Positions 1-12,540 of a stretch of 64,000 nucleotides of DNA are shown one piece after another. The notes under the pieces are model-generated. The model saw only the letters and a list, made by a program, of their open reading frames with translations. It made no database searches and was not told the origin of the DNA. Source of the stretch: Geosiphon pyriformis uo1 (lineage: Eukaryota; Fungi; Glomeromycota). Positions within the stretch are counted from its first letter, which is position 1, and the number at the start of each line of letters is the position of its first letter. The DNA is taken from NCBI GenBank assembly GCA_016748015.1, contig JAAOMT010000723.1, positions 222,351 through 286,350 of the forward strand, given 5' to 3'. The translations under genes and the position numbers were made by a program.

Positions 1-635
1 GTGCAAGTTCATAGACTAGTACTACAACAAGTTGTATAAAAGAAGAGCTTTTTTCTTCAAGAAAATGTATCTTACTTTAGATTTATCACTTAGAACTATT
101 CCTACACACACAAAAAAAAATAAAATATCAAATAATTTGAAAAACCAATTTCTTTAAATATTGCACTTGGAAAATCTCCAAAAACCCAACTAACATTTTG
201 AAATTGATTAGCTACCAATTTCAGTAAACTGTTAGTGACTCCAGGCCTGGATAGAAAACGTTTCCCTTAATAAAATCCTATTTCTTTTACATTTCTTTTA
301 TTTTTCTTTTTTTTTCTTATTACAATCATTAGGGTAGCCTACAGATGAGATTCCTGTAGAAGAGTTGACTTTTACAGCAAAATAACTACACATTTTTAGT
401 AAGCTTCTAGATGAGCAATTCCTAGGAAAGAGTTGACATTTACTACAATGTAACTACATAAAGTAACTGGCAAGGGATTGGCCATTCCACTCATAAGCCC
501 AGCAGTTCAAATTATAGGAGATAATTTGAAGATAAATTCAGTTATTGAAGGTTTAACTACTTTTAGAAAACGTGAATTTGCAACCAACAGACATTTACAA
601 CATTCAAAAAAAGAGACCAAAAACCTCTGGTAACA
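1..635 (+). repeat. 3' part of an LTR of the same Gypsy family (3' LTR or solo LTR, truncated by the window edge)
   Basis: Colinear with 23020-23661 and 31690-32324 and ends in ...aaacctctggtaaca. It is followed by atgt rather than the PBS (tttggtgct), so it is not a 5' LTR. Confidence 0.93.
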
Positions 636-3600
636 ATGTCCAATTTGAAAAATTACAGATTAAAATTTTTCAAGTAATTTTCGAAAAAAAAATCAAAAAG
701 TTTATCTAAAAAAAGAAGTTAAAAAATTTAAAAAATTTTAATAAAGCTTAATATTAAAAGAAAAAAATATTATTATTCATAAAAATTTAAGAATTCTTAA
801 TAAAAATATAAAGTAGTCAATTAGAAATATGTGTAATAAAAGAGAAATTTTAGTATTCTTTTTGAGAAATTACAAAATTCCAGAAATTTTAGGATTCTTG
901 ACTAGAAAAATTAAAAGAATTTAAGAAATCTTATATAACATTAATTATGTATATATAATAAAAATGTTAGAAGCAAAAAAAGACAGAATTTTTTCCAGAA
1001 TTAATATCAACAATTAATTAAAATTATCTAATATCTCTTCCTTCAAAAAATAGTTTTCTATAACTTGAAGTAAAATTAAATCACATATAAATAAAATATC
1101 CATTATTACTTGAATCTATATTATTGTTCTTTGATTAAAAAAATTAAACACTTTTATTCTATTAACACTCTATGTTGATAAAGATTAATGCGTGGAATTA
1201 TTAACATCAAAAAAGACTGATAAAAGACTTGAGAAAAAGGGTAAAAACTCAAAAATTGAAAATAGCTTATCAAAAAGAACCAGCCATTAAGCTGAAAAAA
1301 AAATTAACAAAATAAGTTTTCAGAAGAGTATTAAAACAATCATTGAATTTTTGTCTATTATATAAAATACTTAACCAAAATTTTTAGACTTCAAAATTTT
1401 TAGATATTACCAATATAATTGGCTATTAAGCACTAAGTTATGATTTTATTATTTATATCAACATCCTAAATAATTACCTATAACAATATTTAATATATAA
1501 GATTTTTTAATAAATATTTTTATAAAAATCTTTATAATTTTGGAATTAATCCAAAAAAATAGCATTAAAAAAAAGAAAAAATATTTTATTATTATTTATA
1601 ACATAATTAAGAAAACTAAAAAAAAGTTAATTAATTTGTTTATATTAATATATTTTATTTTAAAAGTATTAGTTTTTAAATCTGCTCATTTTATAATTAA
1701 TATTAAAAACCAAAAAACTATTTAATACATTATTATTAAAGATTTTTACAGTTTTTAATACAAAAACTACAACAATATACTATAAAAATTACTATTAAAA
1801 TTATGCAAAAAAAACTTATATTATTATGTTTAATTAACAAAATTAGCCAGCAAATAAAAATAAAAGATTAGCAATTAGCTTAATAATAACAAAAAAATAT
1901 GACACAATTTAGTTGTTTAACTTAAAAAAATTTTGACAAACTAAAAAATACCAATAAAAATTAAGGATTAACATATTTAATCTAATAAAAACGAACTTTA
2001 TTATGCTCTAAAATTTTTATATATTTCTATTTATATAGTTTAATATTTCAAATTTACAATTACTATTTAGAAATAGTTATTAAAAAATATTATTAATTGA
2101 TTTAATTGTATTAATTATAATTATAATTAGTATTAATAATATATAATTATAATTTTAAATCTAATTATTTAAATCTAATTATTTAAATTACCAATTTTTA
2201 GAAAAATAATATACCAAGTAAGCTTATAACTAAATTAATTAATTTAATATATAAATAATTAAAATACTTAAAATAGTCTTAATATAATATGTAAATTTTC
2301 TGTAAACTAAAAAAAATATCAGTTTTATATTAAGCCAATTCTTTTTTATAGCTTTATAGTAAGCATTTAGTTATTTTTTTCATATGTTTCTTTTTTTTCA
2401 AGTTTTAAATACTTCTTATTAATGCTTAAAATATATTATATATTTATTATTACTTATTTAAAGTTTTATTACTATTTAATTCTTAAATACATGTTATTAA
2501 TATTTTATGTTATGTTTTTTTTAGTTATGTTTTGATTTTAATTCATTTTTTATAGTTTAAATATGTACTTAATTATTTTTTTTATAAAAACTTATTGTTA
2601 CTTATAGTTTTCTTAAGTGAAATTGGTGTTTTTATAATTTAGTATTCAAATTGAAATTTAATGTACTCTAAAAATTTTCTAAAAATTTTGGTTTGGAGTT
2701 TTTAATATAATAGACAAAGATTTAATAAATAATAGTTAATAATAGATTTAAGATTTTTTTGGTTTGATAACTAGTTTATTTTGGTATTTACACTTTTTTG
2801 ATAAGCAATCCTAGTTTTTTAACTATGTTCATACTTTTTTCTGGTGTTTTTTATTAGACAAGTTTTAATATCATAATTTTAACACTTTTTTTATAATTTA
2901 TTAATAATTCAAATAAATATAAATAACAAAATAGTACTATAGTAATTAATATTTTGTTAATAGTTATAATTAAAAATTATTATTCTAATATTGTTAAATA
3001 GTTATAATAAATACTATTAACATTAATATAATAATAATATAAGTTTTAATAAAACAGTCTTAAATTTATTAATTAATAAGTAATATAGATTTTAATAGAT
3101 AGTTTTATTTAATTTATAGTTTAAGTAAAAATAACTAAACCAATCTTAATATAAGTTAATTTATTTTTTTTTGATATTTTTTTAATTTCTACTATATGTA
3201 CATATATTTTTATAATATAAAATTCTTAAAATTCTTAAAATTTTTTTAAGTTATTACTAAAATTTTTAGTATTTTTAAAATTTTTAATATTCTTGTCAAT
3301 ATTTTTACAATTTTTAATATTATATGTTTTAATAATTTTCTAATTAACTAATTATATTATTATTATTTTTATGTTTGTTTTATATAAGTAATATTATATT
3401 AAATTGGTTTTTATTCAAAAATAAATAGTAATAACAATCTTTTTTTTATTTTAATAATTTATTTAACACTTTTTTTACTTTTTTAAATATTAAAATAATT
3501 CATATAACTATATATATATTGTTAAAAAAAGTATTGTTATTGTTAAAAAAGTTTCTAAAACTATGCTTTTTTTTTGATAATAGTATTATTTATATTTGTT

Positions 3601-4320
3601 TTTATATTTTAAAACTGTTTAATATTATAAAAAAACAACTTAAAATTTATATTTGTTTTATTATTTAAATATTTAATATTATTAATTAATATTTTATGTT
3701 TTTAAGTTAAACTATTATTAATAAAGCTAAAAACAATATTTTTAATTAATTTTATTATTATAAAACTACTTATAATAACAGTTAACTTCATAATAAAAGA
3801 ATTTATTTCTTAAGAAATAATAATAAATAAATAGTAAAAAAATATTAAAAAATAATATTTTTTGTTGTTTTTTAAAACATTTTTACTTTGTTAAAACCTG
3901 TTAAAATTAATTTTTTTTTAATATTTTTATTAATTTTATAGTATAAATTATAAATTTTAAAATAATAATAACAAATATATTTGTTAAATTAAATTTAAAT
4001 AATTAAAAAAACCAAAATAGCCGAAAAAAAACTGTTTTTTTAAGAATAATTTATTTTTTAGTATTTTTTATTTTAAAGTTTATTTGTTTTTTAAAAAAAA
4101 AACCAAAGTTTTTTTTAATTAATATTATTATCAATTATAATAATTTTGTTAAAATTAAAATAATTTAAATAAAAACTGTTTTTTAATTACTGTATAATTT
4201 TATTAATATTAAATTTATTATTATAAAATTTAAATTTAAATTTTTTTTAAATACTATTATTAAAATTAAGTTTATTAATTTTTTTATTTTTAAAATTATA
4301 AAAAATAAAAATTTCAATTC
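636..4320. other. Extremely AT-rich decayed non-coding sequence
   Basis: Almost no CpG, long A/T runs, no credible ORF. Scattered G/C-containing patches suggest eroded repeats. Confidence 0.75.
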
Positions 4321-4450
4321 TTTTTTTTCTCTCGTTGATCACCTGACTACAATAAGAGCAAAGAAAGTTTGTTGCAGAAATAGCTTTTCTTTTTACCTCT
4401 TACCCTTTGTTTTCACAGTTATTTCTCTTTTTACGCCTTTATTTGTTACT

Positions 4451-5724
4451 ATGGAACTGAAGGGCTCTTCTGCTGGTGATTCTGGTACTGGTTTGGCTGA
4501 ATTGGGGACCCAGTCTAGTAATAAGAAGAAAGCTTGTGTAGATAGTGTTTATTCTTGTGGTCTGTCATTCAAAAAGCTGAAAAAGCCTGCAGCTGGTAAT
4601 GTAATCGACTTGTTTGCTGGTTCTCTGAGCCTGGAGAATGTTGAAGGTACTGATGCCAAGCCTGTAGTGTCTTGGGGAAGTGAGATTGGTAGTGTTTTTA
4701 GCAGTATGAGCAATCTTTTAGATGCTAAGAATGTGGAGACCATGGTAGCCGAGGAAGTCTGTTATGCTGGATCAGGTGAGGATGATAACATAGATGAAGC
4801 AATGCCAAAGAGAACTCGCACGCAAACATGCACACTGGACAACCCGCCAAAGCAGCCTGTATTTGAACATATAAGCAATGATAATAGTGTGTTGAAACTT
4901 CCTCTTTGTGTAAGTGGTGGTCCTATCAGTTGCCACCACTCAGGTCATGTGCCATGATAAAATGGAGTTTTAATTCAACAAAATTGTTCGCATTGAATAT
5001 TGAAGTGTCAACTGTTCCTGGCAAAACAAATGTTGATAAGTTGATGGCAATAAAAAAAATTTTTTATTAGATTGATGGTTTTGGAGGGGTGTCAACTCCC
5101 TCAAAATTTCCAGGCATAATAAGATCATCTTTTATTTCAGAGTTGAGTTTAAAAAAGATTAGGAAAATAGCAATTAGTAAAAAGATCCTTGTTAATGATG
5201 ATATCAAAAAGATAAACAGTCACTCAGATTGGGAAGTGATCGTCAGGAAAATCTCAGTGGATCTTCTCAGATCAGCAATTAAGACAGTGTTTTCCAAGTT
5301 TGGTAAGATTATTTCCATTAAGTTGTAGCTTGTTGGTCTTTGGCAAAAGCTCTAGTGGAATATGAATCATTTGAGATGGCTGATTTGGTCGCAGCTAGAT
5401 GATCTGTGCTTGTGGGAAAAGATTCTGTTCATGTGGTGAAGGCAATCAGTGATAAACAAATGTGAGTATCCAGGGATCAGCATTGGGCATTACTTTACAC
5501 TCTCCCAGTTAACACCACTGCTCATGATCTTTTTGGTCTGTTGGATTCATATGGTGGGAAGATCTGTGTCATTGGCCATAATCTGGTTATGTATGTTCGT
5601 GATAGGTGTGTTGTCATTTGTTTTGTTAATGAAGTATCCAAATTGGCTGCTATTGGTTCAGCTCTGATTTTTAAGAGTGTAAGTTTGCATTGGGCTGGTC
5701 TTTTTCTAACCTGTTACACAACGT
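4451..5724 (+). pseudogene. LINE-A ORF1, 5' part (two RRM-like domains, start of zinc knuckle)
   Basis: Fragments VIVRKISVDLLRSAIKTVFSKFGKIISIKL and LLYTLPVNTTAHDL..DSYGGKICVI..RCVVICF. Contains stops and frameshifts. Homologous to LINE-B ORF1 fragments at 37067-37612. Confidence 0.85.
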
Positions 5725-6705
5725 TGTTACCAGAGGTTTTTAGTCTCTTTTCTTAAATGTTGTTAATGTTGATTTGTTGTGAATTCACGTTTCCAGGAAG
5801 TAGTTGAACCTCCAGTAACTGAATTTATCTTCAAATTATCTCCTATAATTTGAACTTGCTGGGCTTATGAGTGGAATGGCCAATTCTGTGCCAGTTGCTT
5901 TATGTAGTTACATTGTAGTAAACGTCAACTCTTTCCCAAAAATTGCTCGTCTGCGAGCTCACTAAAAATGTGTAGTTACTTTGCTGTAAAAGTCAACTCT
6001 TCTACAGGAATCTTGTCTGTAGGCTACCCTAATAATTATAATAAGAAAAGAAAAAAAATAAAAGAAATGTAAAAGAAATAAAATTTTGTTAAGAGAAATG
6101 TTTTTTATCCAGGCCTGAAGTCACTAACAGTTTACTGAAATTGATAACTAATCAATTTCAAAATGTTAGTTGGGTTTTGAGGATTTTCCAAGTGCAATAA
6201 TTTAAAGAATTTGGTTTTTTGAATTATATAATATTTATTTCTTTTTGTGTGTGTGTAGGAATGGTTCTAAGTAATAAATCTAAAGTAAGATACATTTTCT
6301 TGAAGAAAGATGCTCTTCTTTTATACAACTTGTCGTAACACTATTCTATGAACTTGAACTTTGCTATTTTCTACAATTTTGCTGAACTAAAAATACATTT
6401 CAGCGAACTACAAGTTATTTTTGCAAACTATTAGATATTTTGGTGAACTATCAATTATTTCAGCAAATTTCTACAAATTTCGGCGAACTTTTGAATGTTA
6501 CATAGTTTGGAGTATTGCATAATTTGATCATCGCAATTAGGTTACATTTGTGTTGTATACAAATTGGGTTATTAATTAAATGATAATTTCGGACATTTTG
6601 CTAATGTAATAAGTGATAATTTGAAATGATAATATATGCTAATTAATGATAAGATTTATAAGATAATTTTATGCTAAATAATATCTCTAATTTTGTCTGG
6701 TAACA
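5725..6705 (-). repeat. Gypsy-1 3' LTR (981 bp)
   Basis: Near-identical to 15073-16053 and adjacent to the PPT. Confidence 0.95.
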
Positions 6706-7393
6706 TAGCCTCTTCCTTAAGACTGAGCTTTGTCGAAGTCCAAGTACTGTCTGTAATTTCCAGATAGTAATCCAAAATTATTGAAGAAATTTGGTCTGAA
6801 AATTGTTGAAATTTCAGTTCTGTGAGCTTTCCAATGTATTGAATCTTCAAAGGTCGTAAAATTGGGTTTTGTAGGACATTTTCACAGGTGTGAAATAGGT
6901 TATAAAGTCTAAAAGCAGCTCTGAGCTTGTAATGACTGTTTGTTGGTCCAGCTGTTGTCTTGAATTCATTGTAGAGTTGTTTCTGAATAGCTTCTTTTAT
7001 AAAGTTTGCTGTTGTAAGTTCCAGTTTCCATTCATAGAGTGTTTTTCCAATGTGGAAATATCTATAGATTGGAAGATATTCAGTGTTTTCCTCATTGAGA
7101 CACAGTTGAAGTTTTTGTTGAATTGTAGTATTTAGTAGAATACTAATTGGAGTGAGCATTAGGTTTTCTCTTAAAGCAAGCTTTAAAAGTTCTGGCAGGT
7201 GAATTTCAGAATAACTTCTTGTGTTCTTCTTATATGAGTGATATTTTCGTGAATTTGGGGCTAAATTTGTAACTACTTCTGTTTGGGTATAATTAATGTG
7301 GTTTCCAGTAACAGTAATGGATAATTCGGGTATTGTTTTTAAAGTTAACATTAGTTTTTGGGATAATTGTTGAATGTTTTGAGGAATAGTCAT
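6674..7393 (-). CDS. Gypsy-1 extra 3' ORF (ORF3, 239 aa, unknown function) reading through the PPT into the 3' LTR
   Basis: Intact ATG-to-TAG ORF. A same-length homolog with internal stops lies at 30657-31376. Confidence 0.8.
   Translation of the reverse strand: MTIPQNIQQLSQKLMLTLKTIPELSITVTGNHINYTQTEVVTNLAPNSRKYHSYKKNTRSYSEIHLPELLKLALRENLMLTPISILLNTTIQQKLQLCLNEENTEYLPIYRYFHIGKTLYEWKLELTTANFIKEAIQKQLYNEFKTTAGPTNSHYKLRAAFRLYNLFHTCENVLQNPILRPLKIQYIGKLTELKFQQFSDQISSIILDYYLEITDSTWTSTKLSLKEEAMLPDKIRDII
6709..6718 (-). promoter_or_regulatory. Gypsy-1 polypurine tract
   Basis: The minus strand reads AAGGAAGAGG, 3 nt before the TG of the 3' LTR. The equivalent in copy 2 is GAGGAGGAGG. Confidence 0.85.
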
Positions 7394-7549
7394 TATAAGC
7401 GATTTGAAATAAAAGAAAATTATTTTGGTGTATGGGTTTTTATGTTATTTTTGTTTTGATTGTTTCTAAATTATAAGGAAATAACTAGTAAAATTAAATT
7501 AAGTGTTCAGGTTGAAAGGTTGTTCAATGACAACTATTGGTTCTAAGTT

Positions 7550-8884
7550 TCAGGGAATATCTTCAGGATTGACTAAAGGGGAATGTGTACCAATTTGTAA
7601 AATTAATGGTTCAGGATTGTTTCTGGAATGATAGTGTTTCAAATGATCTCCATGTACAACTTTTGCTAGGATTTTGTCATCAAGTCTTAGTTTGTATGAT
7701 CCATTGCCTAGGACTTCATAGATAAAAAATGGTCCATCCCATTTATTTTCAAATTTTCCACTCCATTGTTTTTCAGCTTTAGTTCTGTGTAAGAGAACTT
7801 TGTTTCCGATTTTAAATTTATTGGTGACTAGAGGCAATTTGTCATCATGTCATTCTTTTTGTTAAGCTTGGGAGTATTCAATATGGGTGGCTGCTATTCA
7901 TTGTTTTCTTTTCAATGTGCTAAGCAAAGTGTAGGCTTTTCGCTGAAGTGTTTCTTGGAAATTGTTTTCATTGATTGGTTGTGCTGGGTATGTTTCCACT
8001 ATGAAACTAATTGGTAATGTTGCTGTCCTTCCATAAGTTAAATCAAATGGTGTGTGTTTTGTGGTATCTTGTTTTAGTGTTTTGTATGCTAGCAACACTG
8101 ATGGAATAAAGATATCCTACTCTTGCTCAAAATCGGTTAAGACTTTGGCTAATGACTTACACAATGTTCTGTTAAAACGTTTCACAAGTCCATTTGTTTG
8201 TGGATGGTAGGGTGAAGACAGAGGTCTTTTGACATTGAATCGTTCACAAATTTCTTGTATTAGGTTGTTCACAAAGTGTGTCTCCTGATTGGATAAAAGT
8301 TCAATTGGACATCCATGTCTACAAATGATGTCTTTGTAGATGAAATTTGCTATTGATTTCACATCTGCTCATTGAATGGCTCTGGCTTTGGGCTATTTAG
8401 TAAGATAGTCTACAGCTACTGCAATATAACAGTTTTCTTAAGTGGTGATAGATAGTGGTCCGACTAAATCGATACCAACTTGGTCAAAGAATTGTCCAAC
8501 TTTGATTGGATTTAATGGTTCAGTAAGGCGTGTTCCTTCTCTTCTTTGACAACTATCACAAAATTCGACATATTTGTAAATGTTTTTTTTCATTCAAGGC
8601 CAAAAATAGTATTCTAGTGTTTTTTGGGTGGTGCCATCTTTTCCGAAGTGTGCTGATAAAAGATTTGAGTACATGTTGTATAATATGGTCTCTTTTTCCT
8701 GTTTTTGTATTAATCTAAGTGGTTTGTTTGGGTTTTTGAAATTTTGATGATAAATAATGTTGTTGTGTAGAAAATATTGTTTGGCTTGTTGTTGTAGTTG
8801 ATGTTTTTCATCTGGAGACCAATCTGTTGGGATTGTTAATGTTTCCAAATATTGCTTGAGATTGTTGTAGTTTTTTGAATTCAT
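7550..8884 (-). pseudogene. Gypsy-1 integrase, separate ORF, decayed
   Basis: Starts MNSKNYNNL at its own ATG. Motifs SAHFG..CDSCQ, GIDLVGP, SSPYHPQTNGLV and the GPY/F motif KWDGPFFIYEVLGNGSYKL. Confidence 0.9.
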
Positions 8885-10778
8885 TGTTTGTTGGCTCTTT
8901 TGGTTGGTTAAGTTGAGTGTTGGTTTTTGTGTTTTCTAATCTTGTCTCATTCTGGAGAGACAGTTAACATTGGTGTAGAGTTTTCCTGGTTTGTGATGTA
9001 CTATGTATTGATAAATTGCTAGAAATTCTGTCCATTGGGTTTGTTTTGCATTTAGCTGAATATTTTTGTTCTGAAGCTATTTGAGTCCAATATTATTAGT
9101 AATAATATCGAATTCTTTAGGCCTGAGATAAATGTTGAAGTGGTGTAGAGCTCAAATTACAGCTGCTGTTTCTAGTTCTATGGCAGGATAATTTTTCTCA
9201 GCTGGTTTTAATGTTCTGCTGGCATAAGCAATTACTTGCTCATTTCTATTGTCATCTAATTGTGATAAGATAGCACCAAAGGCAGTATAAGAGGCATCTG
9301 TTGTTAATTGGAATCGGTTGCTAAAATCTGGGTAGGCGAGGATTGGAGCTGTTGTCAGTTTTTCCTTGAAAATTTCAAAAGCTTTTTGGTGTTTGGTAGT
9401 CCATTTGTATTCAACGTTTTTGGTAGTAAGCTGGTTAAGGGGTTTTGCAATTTCCAAAAATTTTTTGATAAACTTCTGATAGTAGAATGCTAATCCTATG
9501 AATTCTCTTAGTTCTGTAGTGTTTTGAGGAGTTTTGAAGTTTTTGACAATGCTGATTTTTCCAGGGTCCAGTTTGATTCTATCTTTACTAACAATATGCC
9601 CAAGAAAGGCCAAGCTTGTTTTTCCAAAGTAGCATTTTTCGATGTTGAGTTTTAGTTCTGCTTTTCGTAATTGTTAAAAAACTTCTTGTAGGTGTTTTAA
9701 GTGTAATTCGAATGATGGAGAATAAACATCAGTATCATCAAGATAAACAACTACTGACTTCCAAAGAAGTCCTTGGTACACAACATCCATTAATCTCTGA
9801 AATGTTGCTGGTGCATTGCATAATCTGAAAGGCATTACATTGAACTCGTAATTTCTGCCTTGAGTGGTAAATGCTGTCTTGGGGTGATCTTTGGAATCCA
9901 TAGCAACTTGCCAGTAACCGCTTTCTAAATCTAGTGTTAAAAAGTATTTGGATTTTCTAAGAGCATCTAACATGTCATCAATCCAGGGAAGGGGGTAGGC
10001 GTCTCCAATTGTAACACTGTTGAGTTGTCAATAATCAACACAAAATCGGATCTTTCCATTTTTTTTTTTAACTAGCACTACAGATGAAGCCCAAAGACTC
10101 ATGGAGGATTGAATAAGCCCATTGTTAAGCATTTGTTGTACTTCTTCTTGGATGAATTGGTGGCTTTCTGGAGCAACTCGATATGCTTGTTGTCTTCTTG
10201 GTTTGGCATCTCCTGTATAAATTTGGTGTTGGACCAAATTAGTTCTTCCTAAGTCATTGTTGTTTTCAGCAAAGATATCGGCAAATTCTGCAATTAGCTC
10301 TTTGAGCTGGGTCTGTTGTTATGGTTCAAGTTATCCCATGTTGATTTGAGATAGTTTTTCCATAACAACATGGTAGTTTTCAGAGCTGGGGTTTGGGTTG
10401 ATTTTTGGTAGTAAATGTCCAATAATTTCAGAGAAATCGGGAACTGTTTGGAGTAATTTTTGTTAAAATATATTACTGTGAATAACTCCAATTTCTAAAT
10501 TATTTAATAAAATTATGGGGTAATTATTGGGGTTGTAAAAAGTAACTTGGACTTTCTTTGTTCCTTCTGGAATATAAATGTTTGGGATCAAAATATTATG
10601 TTCCAAGCAGACTTGTTTATTGGACTCAAAAATTTGTTGTGTGGTTGTTGGCTTTGGGCAGATGTAGATTTCTGGATGTTCTCCGAAAGGTGAGATGGTA
10701 ATTGGTTGTGGAAGTCTGAAAATCTGGTGGGATTCATTCTGTGTGTTAAGAGTTATATTAACTGGAACTGTAAATCGT

Positions 10779-11170
10779 CTAGTTGAACCAAAATCTCAGG
10801 TTCCTCTATCACTTTTTCCTAATTGTTCTCTTTGATTGACTAGTTGCAAACCCGAAATGTTGATTAGGGGTAGATAAATAGCTTGGGCAATTTTTTCAGC
10901 ATGTTCAATTTTGAATGGTTTGTCAGTTTCATTTTGAAGCATCACTGTAATGTCTCTAGTATATCTAGCATCAATTATTTCTCATCTGACATTGATTTCT
11001 TTGCTTGCCAAAGAGGACTGGGAGGTGATTTGAATCATTGCTCCTGGTGGGATTTCGAGTGCAATTTTGAGGTTGATTTTTGTGAAAGATTTGGGTTTGA
11101 GAACAAGAGTATCCTTGCCTGGATATCTTAGGTCATATCCAGCATCAATTTCATGTGCTTTTTCGGGTTT
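10779..11170 (-). pseudogene. dUTPase domain within Gypsy-1 pol
   Basis: All five trimeric-dUTPase motifs are recognisable: DAGYDL, SxSSLA, IIDAxYT, EKIAQA, RGTxxFGST. Confidence 0.88.
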
Positions 11171-11616
11171 TATTCTTTGTCCATTGTTGTTGAAGTATTT
11201 AAGTTGTAAGGCAGGCTGATTTTCAATAAGGTAGATAGGTGTTGTTTCAATTTCTTCTGTTGCTTTAGGTTTTCCAAATTCAATTTCATTCTCATCATTT
11301 TTGCTGGACAAGGGGATACTAAGAGTGTAGCATTCAAGACACCACTGTTCATCACAAGACATAATGCATTCTTCACATAGCTTAATGTTCATTTGCTCTA
11401 ATCATTGAATTTGAGCTTCTTGGGTTGGGTAGGTGTGACTTGCAATTTGGTGGTAGACTTCTACTTTGTTTTCGTAATCGAATTCAGCTAATTCTATGGT
11501 GTATTTAATGTATTCTGCTTCCTTTATTTGACAAACATCTTCTTTGGTAGCTCCATTAATTAATGTCATTGCTAGGTTGAAAATCATCTCGGCATCATGG
11601 GGGTAGTGATAAAGTT

Positions 11617-12540
11617 TGTTGAGAGCACTGTTGTATGCTGCATTAAAGGGTGTTCCTCTTTTTACTTTTTCTGAAATTGATAAAGCATATTGGCAGGTCT
11701 GATTGCAGACTCTTCCTCTTATGGCTACATCAATCCAATTGTATTCTTCTAGTAGCATATCTCCACAAGTCAAACAAGGGATGTTATCCCATTTTCCACT
11801 CCTTTTTATTAGATGGCCCCATTGTTCTCTGTGGCAAGCCTTGCAGTAATAACAAGTATGATTCTCATATTTTTCTTCAGGTAAAATGCAGGCTCCCATT
11901 GATGATAGTTTTTTGTGGCAGTCCTTACATTTAAGGGGAATATAGAGGCATTGTTTCCTTGGTTCGGGTTTTGAGTAAAGGATATTCCATCCAGAGGTTT
12001 TGGATTCAAAGTGTGGAGTAAAATGTTTTTGTTCTGTTTCATTGGCCCAGTTGAACGTTGATCCAAGANNNNNNNNNNNNNNNNNNNNTGTTGAGAGCAC
12101 TGTTGTATGCTGCATTAAAGGGTGTTCCTCTTTTTACTTTTTCTGAAATTGATAAAGCATATTGGCAGGTCTGATTGCAGACTCTTCCTCTTATGGCTAC
12201 ATCAATCCAATTGTATTCTTCTAGTAGCATATCTCCACAAGTCAAACAAGGGATGTTATCCCATTTTCCACTCCTTTTTATTAGATGGCCCCATTGTTCT
12301 CTGTGGCAAGCCTTGCAGTAATAACAAGTATGATTCTCATATTTTTCTTCAGGTAAAATGCAGGCTCCCATTGATGATAGTTTTTTGTGGCAGTCCTTAC
12401 ATTTAAGGGGAATATAGAGGCATTGTTTCCTTGGTTCGGGTTTTGAGTAAAGGATATTCCATCCAGAGGTTTTGGATTCAAAGTGTGGAGTAAAATGTTT
12501 TTGTTCTGTTTCATTGGCCCAGTTGAACGTTGATCCAAGA
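11617..12540. other. Assembly gap (20 N, 12069-12088) flanked by an exact 452-bp overlap duplication
   Basis: 11617-12068 is identical to 12089-12540. Gypsy-2 has only one copy of this segment. Confidence 0.92.

Noticed and set aside
1540-1725. 61-aa ORF in the AT-rich region (likewise 60640-60822)
   Set aside because: Low-complexity K/I/F/N composition expected by chance, with a non-ATG start.
6674-7393. ORF3 as an envelope gene
   Set aside because: No signal peptide, no transmembrane segment and no evident furin or fusion motif.
11617-12540. Apparent tandem duplication of the Cys-rich region in Gypsy-1
   Set aside because: The 452-bp copies are identical, abut a 20-N gap and are absent from Gypsy-2. 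This is an unmerged contig overlap.
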